From: Nemertoderma westbladi
Lineage: Eukaryota > Animalia > Xenacoelomorpha
Assembly (NCBI GenBank): GCA_032718475.1
Contig: JAUCBJ010001128.1
Coordinates: 1 to 51,673 of the forward strand
Direction of reading: 5' to 3'
DNA length: 51,673 nt
The notes under the pieces are model-generated. The model was given only the letters and a program-made list of their open reading frames with translations. It was not told the DNA's origin and made no database searches. Shown here piece after piece: positions 38,832 through 50,000 of this stretch (its first letter is position 1; every line of letters begins with the position of its first letter). A program made the position numbers and the translations under genes.

Positions 38832-38944
38832 TGACCAACTAACCCTAACCAAAATAAATTAAAACCAAACCATCTTTACAAGAATAAATGGTTATGATAG
38901 GCCTATGACAGTAGGACACGTTCGTGGGGTCTTCGCGCAGCACA

Positions 38945-39216
38945 AAGTGAGCAAAGCCTTTAGCATATGGGTACCATTAACAGTTGTCTGCCGTTAGTCA
39001 GAAGTCTTCAACACAATACTCGTCCTCATCTTGTGCCTCGTTGCGTTCGTTCGTTTTTGGCGAAACTTCAGATTCTTTCTAAACTTTTGACGGACTACAT
39101 ACATACCAAGTTTCGTTTAATTTCATCAAGGAATAACCGAGTTATTAGCGATCAAAAATTTACGACGACAGACAACTCGCCAATGGCACCCATATGCTAA
39201 GGCTTCGCTCACTTCG
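38945..39216. mobile_element. Small non-autonomous element with about 34-bp inverted repeats
   Basis: AAGTGAGCAAAGCCTTTAGCATATGGGTACCATT versus AATGGCACCCATATGCTAAGGCTTCGCTCACTT. Confidence 0.6.
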
Positions 39217-39409
39217 TGGCTCGCCCCACAGTGTACCGGTAACTGTCTGACCACAGGACTAAAGGTGCAGAGGTTGTTTGCAACAGTACTGCTGTACTGC
39301 AGTACGAGTAAGAAAAAGTGTGGGTACCGCCGTACCGGAAACTGCATTGCTGCATTGAGCCGTGTTATGAACAGTCAGACAGTACTGCGGTCAGGCAGTA
39401 CAACAGTAA

Positions 39410-41450
39410 TGGGGTTGGGGTAGACGACTCTGAAATTTTTTTTCGAGTTTTCGTTGGTTTCATGTGAAAGAGCATGTGAAAAAACCCTAGAGAGCAATTT
39501 TACTTAAAAAAAAACATTGGCCGAGTTATAGCGAGTTTAAAACGCAAAATTAGCATCATCGAAAAATCAGGCCGTTCAGCCGTTTCAGAAAACTGCACGA
39601 GTGACGTCACTAGCAGACTAGTGCAGCACTAAATGTTCATTGGTTACTATACAATATAAATCTCTTAGCAGCTTAGTAACTAAAATAAATAATGTAGCTA
39701 ATATTTATTTGGTGTGTTTTTGTGTTGTGTTAAGTATACATTATTTGATATCTCTATGGCGGAAATTGATTCATAACAAGTTAATTATTCCAGAATAATT
39801 TTTATTTATCCCAACCTATACAGTTAGGCTATTAGCTATTAGCTATAAAAATAAAATATATTTGTAGCTAAAACTGCCAGGTGGTAGAAATCCAGTACCG
39901 GTAGCTTATTGATGTTTCATTAAGCTTCAAAACTTAGATTACTTTGGATTAGATTGTGGATTCGCACTTTTTCAATTGCAATTATTGTTATACAAGTTAA
40001 ATTATTGAATTCCAAATAGCATTGATAGTTAGTCCATGTGGAAAGGTTAATAAGACGTATACGGGAATACAAGATGTTGGAACCCCATTCAGTGATTCCT
40101 TTCAAGATAATCCCTGTAATTGATGACGTAGTAAAAATATATTCAGCTGCCATCTCAATACAGTCAGCATTAATCAGAATTTAGTTGAACTATAACTATA
40201 ATTTACATTTTTTAATTATCTATTTTTTCACAATTTTGGGAAATATATATTCCCTCCAGAAGCTACGATTACTTTTCAGTAAACTTTGCATGTATCAGTG
40301 TATATGGAATCATATGATACTTCAACTATTTTCACTTCGCTGTTTATTTCAAAAGATGGATCTGCGACGCAAAACATTTGAAGTTGGATTTGTGCCATGA
40401 ATTTAGCGCTTACGATATTCGATTGTGAAAGATAAGATTTTTGAATGGCATGTTTTGATGTTGGACATTTTACTTCTACCACGTGCGTTGGTTTAATGGC
40501 ATCTGAAATAGCATCAAAAAATAAGATTGTGTGGTATTTTATAAAAACACTAGCTGTAGCTACATTATTAAAATGTACCTACCAGCCTACACCATTCGCC
40601 ATTGAGAACACTAGCTACCACAAACATTTGTTTTCATTTTCTTTAAATCTTTTTTTTTTTTCACATGTAACTCGCCAAAATATGTCAAGAACATAGATCT
40701 ATAGCCCAAAACATTATGTTTTGGTATTTTGATATTTTTGGATGTCAAACCAAAAACAGCTATTATCTGATTATGAAAGGAAGAATAATGGTGACATGGG
40801 CAACACTAGTACCAGTAACACTTTACAGTGAACTGACAGACTGACAAAAAATCTAAATAATTTCCATCTGGTGCTAACTGCTAATCAGCTAATCTACCAA
40901 TCCCGCATTGTTCGCTGTAAAAACAATTAAAAATAGATTAAAGTATTTAGCAGTACCGTATTTAGCTAGCTATATTTGTTTTTAGCTACAGCTCTACGGT
41001 ACAGGTATGGCAGTATGGGCGAAATAAATATTATTCTAGAATAATTAACTTGATATGAATAATTTGCCTCCATACCAGCATACCGCTATCCTATAATCGA
41101 TTTTTAACACACATCATACATAAACACACATCCAAATAAATACTTAGCTACATTTATTATTTGTTTTATTTTAGATACTGCAATATTATACTTTATATTA
41201 GCCAATCAACAGCGCTTGACAACTGTTGCTGTGTTATGGCATGGCTGACATCACTCGTGCAGTTTTCTGAAACTGCCTGATTTTTCGATGTTGTTAATTT
41301 TGCGTTTTAAAATCGCTATAAAGATGAAAGAACTCGGCCAATATTATTTTTTTTTGAAGTAAAATTGCTCTCTGGGGTTTTTTCACATGCTCTTTCACAT
41401 GAAACCAACGAAAACTCGAAAAAAAATTTCTGAGTCGTCTACCTACCCCA
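39410..41450. mobile_element. DNA transposon relic with long TIRs (possibly Kolobok-like)
   Basis: About 200 bp of close inverted match at both ends (GTAGACGACTC.GAAATTTTTTTCGAGTTTTCGTTGGTTTCATGTGAAAGAGCATGTG...), decaying out to about 400 bp; flanks GTAA / TTGA each one mismatch from TTAA. Confidence 0.85.
40230..40575 (-). pseudogene. YqaJ/lambda-exonuclease-like PD-(D/E)xK nuclease remnant
   Basis: FFDAISDAIKPTHVVEVKCP...KFMAQIQLQMFCVADPSFE..VEVSYD resembles ASPDG..EVKCP..QIQ.QM; degenerate. Confidence 0.65.
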
Positions 41451-41629
41451 TTGAGCATTGAGCATCCCCTGCTTAATATTTTTAATTTGCAATACGGTAC
41501 CGGTTCTGGGGGTAAGCCTACCTACAGACCTAGCAGCCTAGATCAACCACAAGTCACTAAAAGGTGCCACACTGCTCCATACACAGATACAGCCATACAG
41601 CCATAGGACTGTAGGATAAAAAACTATCT

Positions 41630-43754
41630 ACCCTAAAGATAGATAAAAGTCCAGGACTAGATGGCCTAACACCAAGCTTCCTTAGGGATTGTGGAGAAAC
41701 CATCGCAGGGCCTATGACTCATTTAATCAACCTATCATTTTCCCAGTCAAAATTTCCAAAAGCCTTCAAAATAGCAAGGGTTAATCCGGTATATAAGAAG
41801 GAAACGCACCTAGAGCGTGGGAATTATCGACCTGTGTCACTCTTAGCTGTCCTATCAAAGGTAATTGAGGGGATCGCATATGATCAAATGACTGAGTATA
41901 TCATTAACAATAATCTGTATGATCCACTACAGTCTGGCTACAGGAAGGGTTACTCGCCTGAGACATGTCTGTTATATCTGTCTAATCATATACGAGAGGC
42001 TATGGATGACGGTAAATACACAGGAGTTGTCTTCATCGACCTGCGAAAGGCCTTCGATACTGTGAACCACGAGCGGCTGCTAGCGAAACTCGTACTCATT
42101 GGTCTCTCTCCAGAAACAGTGGCCTGGTTTCGATCCTACCTGGAACACCGAATGCAGACAGTGACTATTGGAAATGTGTCTTCAGAGTATATGGCTATAA
42201 CATGTGGGGTGCCGCAAGGAAGTTTGTTAGCAGTTCTACTGTTCATTATCTACATAAATGACATGAACATCGCAACTAAGGACTATGTGGAACCTATTTC
42301 AACTAGCCCTTCTTCATCTACGATAGCAACTGCTTCCATTGAACCGAACTGTATATCAATGAAATTGGCCGACGATGCGAACCTCACGGTCTCTCATTCC
42401 AATATACCGATGATAGCCGGTCAGCTTAGCAAACAATTAACCAGGGTCTACTGGTGGGCCGTGGACAATAAACTTAGCCTCAACTTTAAGAAGACGGAAT
42501 GTATCTTGTTTGGGACTCCCCAGCGATTAGCCTCCGCATCTGAACTCATTGTACACTGCAATAATATCCCTATACACCAAGTTTCTGAAGTAAAGTACCT
42601 CGGCTGCTGCATGAACCAATATCTTTCTGGTGACGTCATGGCGTTGAAGATAATAAAAAAAGGCAATGCGACGTTGCGCTTTATGTATCGCTTTGGTGGG
42701 TCCCTGAACCGCTACACAAAGCGTCTATTATGTAACTCCTTGATCCAACCTCACCTCGACTTCATGTCAGCATGCTGGTACTTCAGTTCGTCCACTCACT
42801 TGCAGGGTAAACTCCGAGCGTTACAGAGAAAATGTGTGCGATTTTGTCTTGATCTCGACCGGCGTGCTAACGTATCTGTTGCACACTTCAAAGAGTTATC
42901 GTGGCTACCTGTGGAATATCGCATTGAACAGTTGCTTGTAACGATGATGTACAAAATTTACCGCGGAATAGCGCCTACTTACCTAAGCGAAATCGTCTCC
43001 TTCTCCGAGGGTCACTCTGGGCTGCGATCGGGAGGCGAGAACCGGGCCGTCATACCTCGTCGTAACCTGGTTAGAGGGTGCAGTTCCTTTTCGTACCGCG
43101 GGGCCGTTGGTTGGAACGGTCTACCATTGGTTACTCGCAGCTGTGAAACTCTGGAAACTTTCAAACACTCTGTAAAAAGATACCTTTTGTCAATGGCAGC
43201 TGAAAATGAAAATAATGACTACTTTTTTATTTAAAATTCAATAACAGATTATTAGATTATTAGAATAACTTTAACCATTAAAACTCTTTTTTAAATATTT
43301 TAAGATTTTAATTCAATTCGCTTTAACTTAAATAAATAAATTTTAGTAAAGCGACGATAGTGTATGTATGTATCTATATTTTATGTCAACTTACATGTCA
43401 ACTATATTTTTTAGAATGATTTTCAAACGATTTTATAAATTTTTAGAAAATTTAACCAAAAAGACCTTTTACATTTATTAGATTTTTAATAGTATCGTAA
43501 TCGTGAATATTCTTATTAGTTTGTTTATTTACGTTTTTAACATTATGTTGGACTTAACTGATACATTCGGGGACCTTCATGGAAACGAGTTCAATAACTC
43601 ATGAGGTTATCCCCGCGCAGCTCGATGTAACCACTAAATAAATAAGTGCTGTTAATATTTATGGATGATATTTAATTAATTGGTGTTTATGTCATAATTA
43701 ACCATAACCATATATTTAACTATTGCGCAATAAACAATCTCAATCTCAATCTCA
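41630..43754 (+). mobile_element. 5'-truncated L2/CR1-group LINE
   Basis: KSPGLDG, NYRPVSLL, QSGYRKGYS, FIDLRKAFDTVNH, GVPQGS, LADD, VKYLG; AT-rich 3' UTR, AATAAA and a (CAATCT)n tail at 43736-43754. Confidence 0.92.
41714..43234 (+). CDS. LINE ORF2 reverse transcriptase portion (uninterrupted, no endonuclease)
   Basis: 506-aa ORF with RT motifs and C-terminal LSWLPV..R; expression doubtful. Confidence 0.75.
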   Translation: MTHLINLSFSQSKFPKAFKIARVNPVYKKETHLERGNYRPVSLLAVLSKVIEGIAYDQMTEYIINNNLYDPLQSGYRKGYSPETCLLYLSNHIREAMDDGKYTGVVFIDLRKAFDTVNHERLLAKLVLIGLSPETVAWFRSYLEHRMQTVTIGNVSSEYMAITCGVPQGSLLAVLLFIIYINDMNIATKDYVEPISTSPSSSTIATASIEPNCISMKLADDANLTVSHSNIPMIAGQLSKQLTRVYWWAVDNKLSLNFKKTECILFGTPQRLASASELIVHCNNIPIHQVSEVKYLGCCMNQYLSGDVMALKIIKKGNATLRFMYRFGGSLNRYTKRLLCNSLIQPHLDFMSACWYFSSSTHLQGKLRALQRKCVRFCLDLDRRANVSVAHFKELSWLPVEYRIEQLLVTMMYKIYRGIAPTYLSEIVSFSEGHSGLRSGGENRAVIPRRNLVRGCSSFSYRGAVGWNGLPLVTRSCETLETFKHSVKRYLLSMAAENENNDYFFI

Positions 43755-43787
43755 TACCAGACAGCCAGATAGCGGATACTGCCATAG

Positions 43788-43802
43788 CCCGGGAAATTCA
43801 AA
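43788..43802 (-). promoter_or_regulatory. Adjacent CHR-like (TTTGAA) and E2F-like (TTTCCCGG) motifs just upstream of NUP85
   Basis: CCCGGGAAATTCAAA on plus reads TTTGAATTTCCCGGG on minus, about 45 bp before the likely ATG. Confidence 0.45.
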
Positions 43803-43843
43803 TGATTGAAAAGTTTGTAGGTCTATCAGTCTATTATCTGATT

Positions 43844-44533
43844 ATGTCGTCTGCAAGTACAACACAATCCTATGTGATTCCTGGATGTCGTCCGTCCGAT
43901 AACGGATTGGGAGTTCGTTGGGTTCTAGGAAATAAACTGTTTGTGTACCCGAGAGGAGCGACCGAAAACCTACCGGGTCGCACGGAAGTTGAGGCTGGGG
44001 ATTCGGTTGAGGTTTATCCGGTCTCCTGGGAAACCGACCTGTACAACCCCGCGATACGCAAACTGGTAACTGGTTCGCGAGCAACATTCCTCGAAGTACA
44101 AAGAGTGAAGGCGAGTTCGTCAGAAGCCGGTTCGAGGGAGTCCGCGAGTCGACTCCGTCGCAGCTGGTGGGACTGCAGTCGGGAATACCGGGAACACATC
44201 CGGCAGGTTGTAGCCGACCTACAAGGGAACCCAAACTCGGACGACGAACAACTGATACAGAACTACTCCAGCGCCGAGCTCGTATGGGACGCCTGCGAGA
44301 TATTCTTCTTAGAGACCCCCACCGCCGGTGCGCTGGTTCTCCGGTTACTGCGGTGGGTTCAGTCGCACTTCTCTGCGGTTGAGCTCCAGGCCCAGGAACT
44401 ATTGCAGCACAACGAACCGCACCAACACCCGGAGTACTGGAATGTGCTGCACAAGTTTATTCTCCAGGGAAAAGTTAGCCAGGCGAGGCAATTACTGGGG
44501 GCGAGACCCAGTGGGAAGTCAGACATTTATAAG
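43844..44533 (+). CDS. NUP85: Nucleoporin Nup85, first coding exon (rest of gene not seen)
   Basis: DLYNPAIRKLV..FLEVQR, SREYR..IR, ELVWDACEIFFLE..AGALVLRLLRWV..H, HPEYW..LQGKVSQARQLL match the Nup85 N-terminus as I recall it; exon ends at AAG/GTGAGT donor (44534). Confidence 0.9.
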
Positions 44534-44788
44534 GTGAGTAAGATGATTATTCTCAAAAATAAAATTGTAACATGTTCTATTGATATACGTTTATTGTTTT
44601 GGTTATATTAACATTATATTTGTAATAGATACTCCACATTACTGACTGCACGTCAAATAAAAATTAACTGAAATACATAATAATATAACATGACGAAAGA
44701 AAAGTAAACAAGCAATGAATGGACAATGACATATGGAAGGAGAAGATAACACAGGCTATAGTTGCACTTATGAGTGTATCTCTTGTTC

Positions 44789-45358
44789 GGATACATGACC
44801 GAACGTAATCAGGATCGAATGTAACATAGTTATTACGTATCGAACGTAACCGCAATTATGTTACATTGGATCCTATAACTATGTTACATTCGATCTACAA
44901 ATTACTAAGCCCGAATGTAACATTGCCATTTACAGATTTAAAGGAGCAGGTTACAGAGGCGTGTTGGGGGAACCAAAACAATAAACGAAAGTTAACAAAT
45001 GTTACAAGATTATGCAGGTTACTTTTATTTAAAGGCTGAAAGGAGCAGGTTACAGAGGCGTGTTGGGGGAACCAAAACAATAAACGAAAGTTAACACATG
45101 TTACTTAATTGGGTCTTGGGTCTTTTATTTTGTACTCACCAACACCAAACAGTTTCTTCCTGTAAATAAACGAAGCATTTCATCGGTTAACTCCTGAAAT
45201 CAAAACACAACTGAAATAAATGTATGTTACATTCGAGCTTAGTAATTTGTAGATCGAATGTAACATAGTTGTAGGATCCAATGTAACATAATTGAGGTTA
45301 CGCTCGATTCATAAAAACTATGTTACATTCGATCCTGATTACGTTCGGTCTGTCACCC
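44789..45358. mobile_element. Mutator-type MITE, 9-bp TSD
   Basis: TSD CTCTTGTTC at 44780-44788 and 45359-45367; about 130-bp TIRs (GACCGAACGTAATCAGGATCGAATGTAACATAGTT...). Confidence 0.9.
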
Positions 45359-45827
45359 CTCTTGTTCAATTCAATTCAATTTCTTTTGAATAACATAATG
45401 AACTTAACAATATATTATGTAATTATGAAGACAGTTACACCAAGGTGATACTGATAATTATTGAATAAGCGTTGGTTGATGCTTAATAGAGTATTCAAGG
45501 CATACCAATCAATGTACAAATACTGCATGTAAAGCAATTAACTACGTGCAGACGTGTTTTGTGTACTTACTTACTAAGAACAGACTAAAATACCAAAAAA
45601 TAAATTAAATTATTAAATATAATACCATATATATATCAAATAATTGGTGGTACCGTAACCGTAATAAGATACAAAAGAACAAGAAAATTAGCAATTGAAA
45701 TAATATATTATAATGCGTGTTTATTCTCCATACATAATGGAATAATTAATTAATTAAAATTAGGCCACCGATAAGATTAAAATTTTTTATAGAACATAAA
45801 TAAAAACTTGTAGATCAATATAAAAAC

Positions 45828-46776
45828 GGGTGCTGGTGCTGGTCACCTCGCCGCACTGCACTTCGCCGCAGGTCACCTCGCCGCAGATAATGTGCGGCGA
45901 GGTGTCTTTGTGGCGAGGTGTCTCACTGTGAATGCCATTTCGACGCAAATTATCGGACACCTCGCCGCATAAAAAATGTAATAAATAATTATTTGTTGGA
46001 ATTTCTTAAATTTGTCCTGGCGATTTGGTAGTGCGATATTAATTCCACACAAATTTCGACCATAATTTTGCTCTTAACAAAAAAAGTGACTGACAACAAA
46101 TATAAGTATATCAATCCACTACTGCACTAAGAACATTACATTTGTAATTAAGATTTAACATAAACATACAGTATTAACCTTATTACATCATGTTGCTTTA
46201 CTTCCGTTTCCGTACTTAGTTACCGGTACTGCATTACAAAAACTACGTAAACGCATTGTACATGTACGTAAATTGTTATTGTTACATTATGTCAACTTTT
46301 AACAGCGTTCTGGTGAATTACTCGTAACGCTGAAAAGTAATCAATGACCGTATTCTGATCTGACCTCTATGTCAGAATAGGCCTACTCATTATATGTCAT
46401 TCATTCATAGTCCTCTATGAATCTCTATGACCGTATTTTACTATAATCTAATACGTTACTCAAATACTCTTACTGCCTGACTGCTGTACTGTATCTATAA
46501 TAAGAATAACATGTAATATAATACAGTAATTATAATAGAACAACAAACCTTACCGTATTATTTTATTTCTTCTTATAATAATGTCCAATGCCATAAGTAG
46601 GGTTTCTTTTAAATATAGAAATAAATGATTAATATTGACTTGCGGGGAGGTGTCCGAGAATTTGCGGCGAAATGGCATTCACAGTGAGACACCTCGCCGC
46701 AAGACACCTCGCCGCACATTATCTGCGGCGATTTGACTTGCGGCGAAGTGGCAGTGCGGCGAGGTGACCAGCACCC
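45828..46776. mobile_element. Mutator-type MITE, 9-bp TSD
   Basis: TSD TATAAAAAC at 45819-45827 and 46777-46785; about 140-bp TIRs GGTGCTGGTCACCTCGCCGCAC... with internal CCTCGCCGCA repeats. Confidence 0.92.
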
Positions 46777-47095
46777 TATAAAAACGAATCACAAACAAAA
46801 ATGCAATCGAATAAAATAGAACAAAGTCAACAAGATAAAAAAATAACGGGGAAATAAATGCATAGGAATAAATAAAGAACAAAGTTTGTAACTTTATTCG
46901 CAAATGTAATTGTAAATATTAGTTTTCAGTTATGAAATTTTCATTATCTTATGTCGGTGACACAGATGCCGTTCGGTTCAGTTTATTGTAGGTTCTAGGA
47001 TTAATTATTGTGTTATAATTAATTTAGATAATATCAATTATAATTTACCCCGATTAGGGGTAAATAAAAAAAAGGTTTCTATAATTAAAAAAAAG

Positions 47096-50000
47096 GTTTA
47101 TTTTAGGTTGTATGGATACAAGTTTATTTTAGGTTGTATGGATACAAGTTTATTTTAGGTTGTATGGATACAAGTTTATTTTAGGTTGTATTGATACAAG
47201 TTTATTTTAGGTTGTATGGATACAAGTTTATTTTAGGTTGTATGGATACAAGTTTATTTTAGGTTGTATGGATACAAGTTTATTTTAGGTTGTATGGATA
47301 CAAGTTTATTTTAGGTTGTATGGATACAAGTTTATTTTAGGTTGTATTGATACAAGTTTATTTTAGGTTGTATGGATACAAGTTTATTTTAGGTTGTATG
47401 GATACAAGTTTATTTTAGGTTGTATGGATACAAGTTTATTTTAGGTTGTATGGATACAAGTTTATTTTAGGTTGTATGGATACAAGTTTATTTTAGGTTG
47501 TATGGATACAAGTTTATTTTAGGTTGTATGGATACAAGTTTATTTTAGGTTGTATGGATACAAGTTTATTTTAGGTTGTATGGATACAAGTTTATTTTAG
47601 GTTGTATGGATACAAGTTTATTTTAGGTTGTATGGATACAAGTTTATTTTAGGTTGTATGGATACAAGTTTATTTTAGGTTGTATGGATACAAGTTCATT
47701 TTAGGTTGTATGGATACAAGTTTATTTTAGGTTGTATGGATACAAGTTTATTTTAGGTTGTATGGATACAAGTTTATTTTAGGTTGTATGGATACAAGTT
47801 TATTTTAGGTTGTATGGATACAAGTTTATTTTAGGTTGTATGGATACAAGTTTATTTTAGGTTGTATGGATACAAGTTTATTTTAGGTTGTATGGATACA
47901 AGTTTATTTTAGGTTGTATGGATACAAGTTTATTTTAGGTTGTATGGATACAAGTTTATTTTAGGTTGTATGGATACAAGTTTATTTTAGGTTGTATGGA
48001 TACAAGTTTATTTTAGGTTGTATGGATACAAGTTTATTTTAGGTTGTATGGATACAAGTTTATTTTAGGTTGTATGGATACAAGTTTATTTTAGGTTGTA
48101 TGGATACAAGTTTATTTTAGGTTGTATGGATACAAGTTTATTTTAGGTTGTATGGATACAAGTTTATTTTAGGTTGTATGGATACAAGTTTATTTTAGGT
48201 TGTATGGATACAAGTTTATTTTAGGTTGTATGGATACAAGTTTATTTTAGGTTGTATGGATACAAGTTTATTTTAGGTTGTATGGATACAAGTTTATTTT
48301 AGGTTGTATGGATACAAGTTTATTTTAGGTTGTATGGATACAAGTTTATTTTAGGTTGTATGGATACAAGTTTATTTTAGGTTGTATGGATACAAGTTTA
48401 TTTTAGGTTGTATGGATACAAGTTTATTTTAGGTTGTATGGATACAAGTTTATTTTAGGTTGTATGGATACAAGTTTATTTTAGGTTGTATGGATACAAG
48501 TTTATTTTAGGTTGTATGGATACAAGTTTATTTTAGGTTGTATGGATACAAGTTTATTTTAGGTTGTATGGATACAAGTTTATTTTAGGTTGTATGGATA
48601 CAAGTTTATTTTAGGTTGTATGGATACAAGTTTATTTTAGGTTGTATGGATACAAGTTTATTTTAGGTTGTATGGATACAAGTTTATTTTAGGTTGTATG
48701 GATACAAGTTTATTTTAGGTTGTATGGATACAAGTTTATTTTAGGTTGTATGGATACAAGTTTATTTTAGGTTGTATGGATACAAGTTTATTTTAGGTTG
48801 TATGGATACAAGTTTATTTTAGGTTGTATGGATACAAGTTTATTTTAGGTTGTATGGATACAAGTTTATTTTAGGTTGTATGGATACAAGTTTATTTTAG
48901 GTTGTATGGATACAAGTTTATTTTAGGTTGTATGGATACAAGTTTATTTTAGGTTGTATGGATACAAGTTTATTTTAGGTTGTATGGATACAAGTTTATT
49001 TTAGGTTGTATGGATACAAGTTTATTTTAGGTTGTATGGATACAAGTTTATTTTAGGTTGTATGGATACAAGTTTATTTTAGGTTGTATGGATACAAGTT
49101 TATTTTAGGTTGTATGGATACAAGTTTATTTTAGGTTGTATGGATACAAGTTTATTTTAGGTTGTATGGATACAAGTTTATTTTAGGTTGTATGGATACA
49201 AGTTTATTTTAGGTTGTATGGATACAAGTTTATTTTAGGTTGTATGGATACAAGTTTATTTTAGGTTGTATGGATACAAGTTTATTTTAGGTTGTATGGA
49301 TACAAGTTTATTTTAGGTTGTATGGATACAAGTTTATTTTAGGTTGTATGGATACAAGTTTATTTTAGGTTGTATGGATACAAGTTTATTTTAGGTTGTA
49401 TGGATACAAGTTTATTTTAGGTTGTATGGATACAAGTTTATTTTAGGTTGTATGGATACAAGTTTATTTTAGGTTGTATGGATACAAGTTTATTTTAGGT
49501 TGTATGGATACAAGTTTATTTTAGGTTGTATGGATACAAGTTTATTTTAGGTTGTATGGATACAAGTTTATTTTAGGTTGTATGGATACAAGTTTATTTT
49601 AGGTTGTATGGATACAAGTTTATTTTAGGTTGTATGGATACAAGTTTATTTTAGGTTGTATGGATACAAGTTTATTTTAGGTTGTATGGATACAAGTTTA
49701 TTTTAGGTTGTATGGATACAAGTTTATTTTAGGTTGTATGGATACAAGTTTATTTTAGGTTGTATGGATACAAGTTTATTTTAGGTTGTATGGATACAAG
49801 TTTATTTTAGGTTGTATGGATACAAGTTTATTTTAGGTTGTATGGATACAAGTTTATTTTAGGTTGTATGGATACAAGTTTATTTTAGGTTGTATGGATA
49901 CAAGTTTATTTTAGGTTGTATGGATACAAGTTTATTTTAGGTTGTATGGATACAAGTTTATTTTAGGTTGTATGGATACAAGTTTATTTTAGGTTGTATG

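Noticed and set aside
43802-44611. Complete 269-aa single-exon protein
   Set aside because: Similarity to Nup85 stops at a canonical GTGAGT donor at 44534; the remainder is intron read-through, and the ATG at 43844 fits better.
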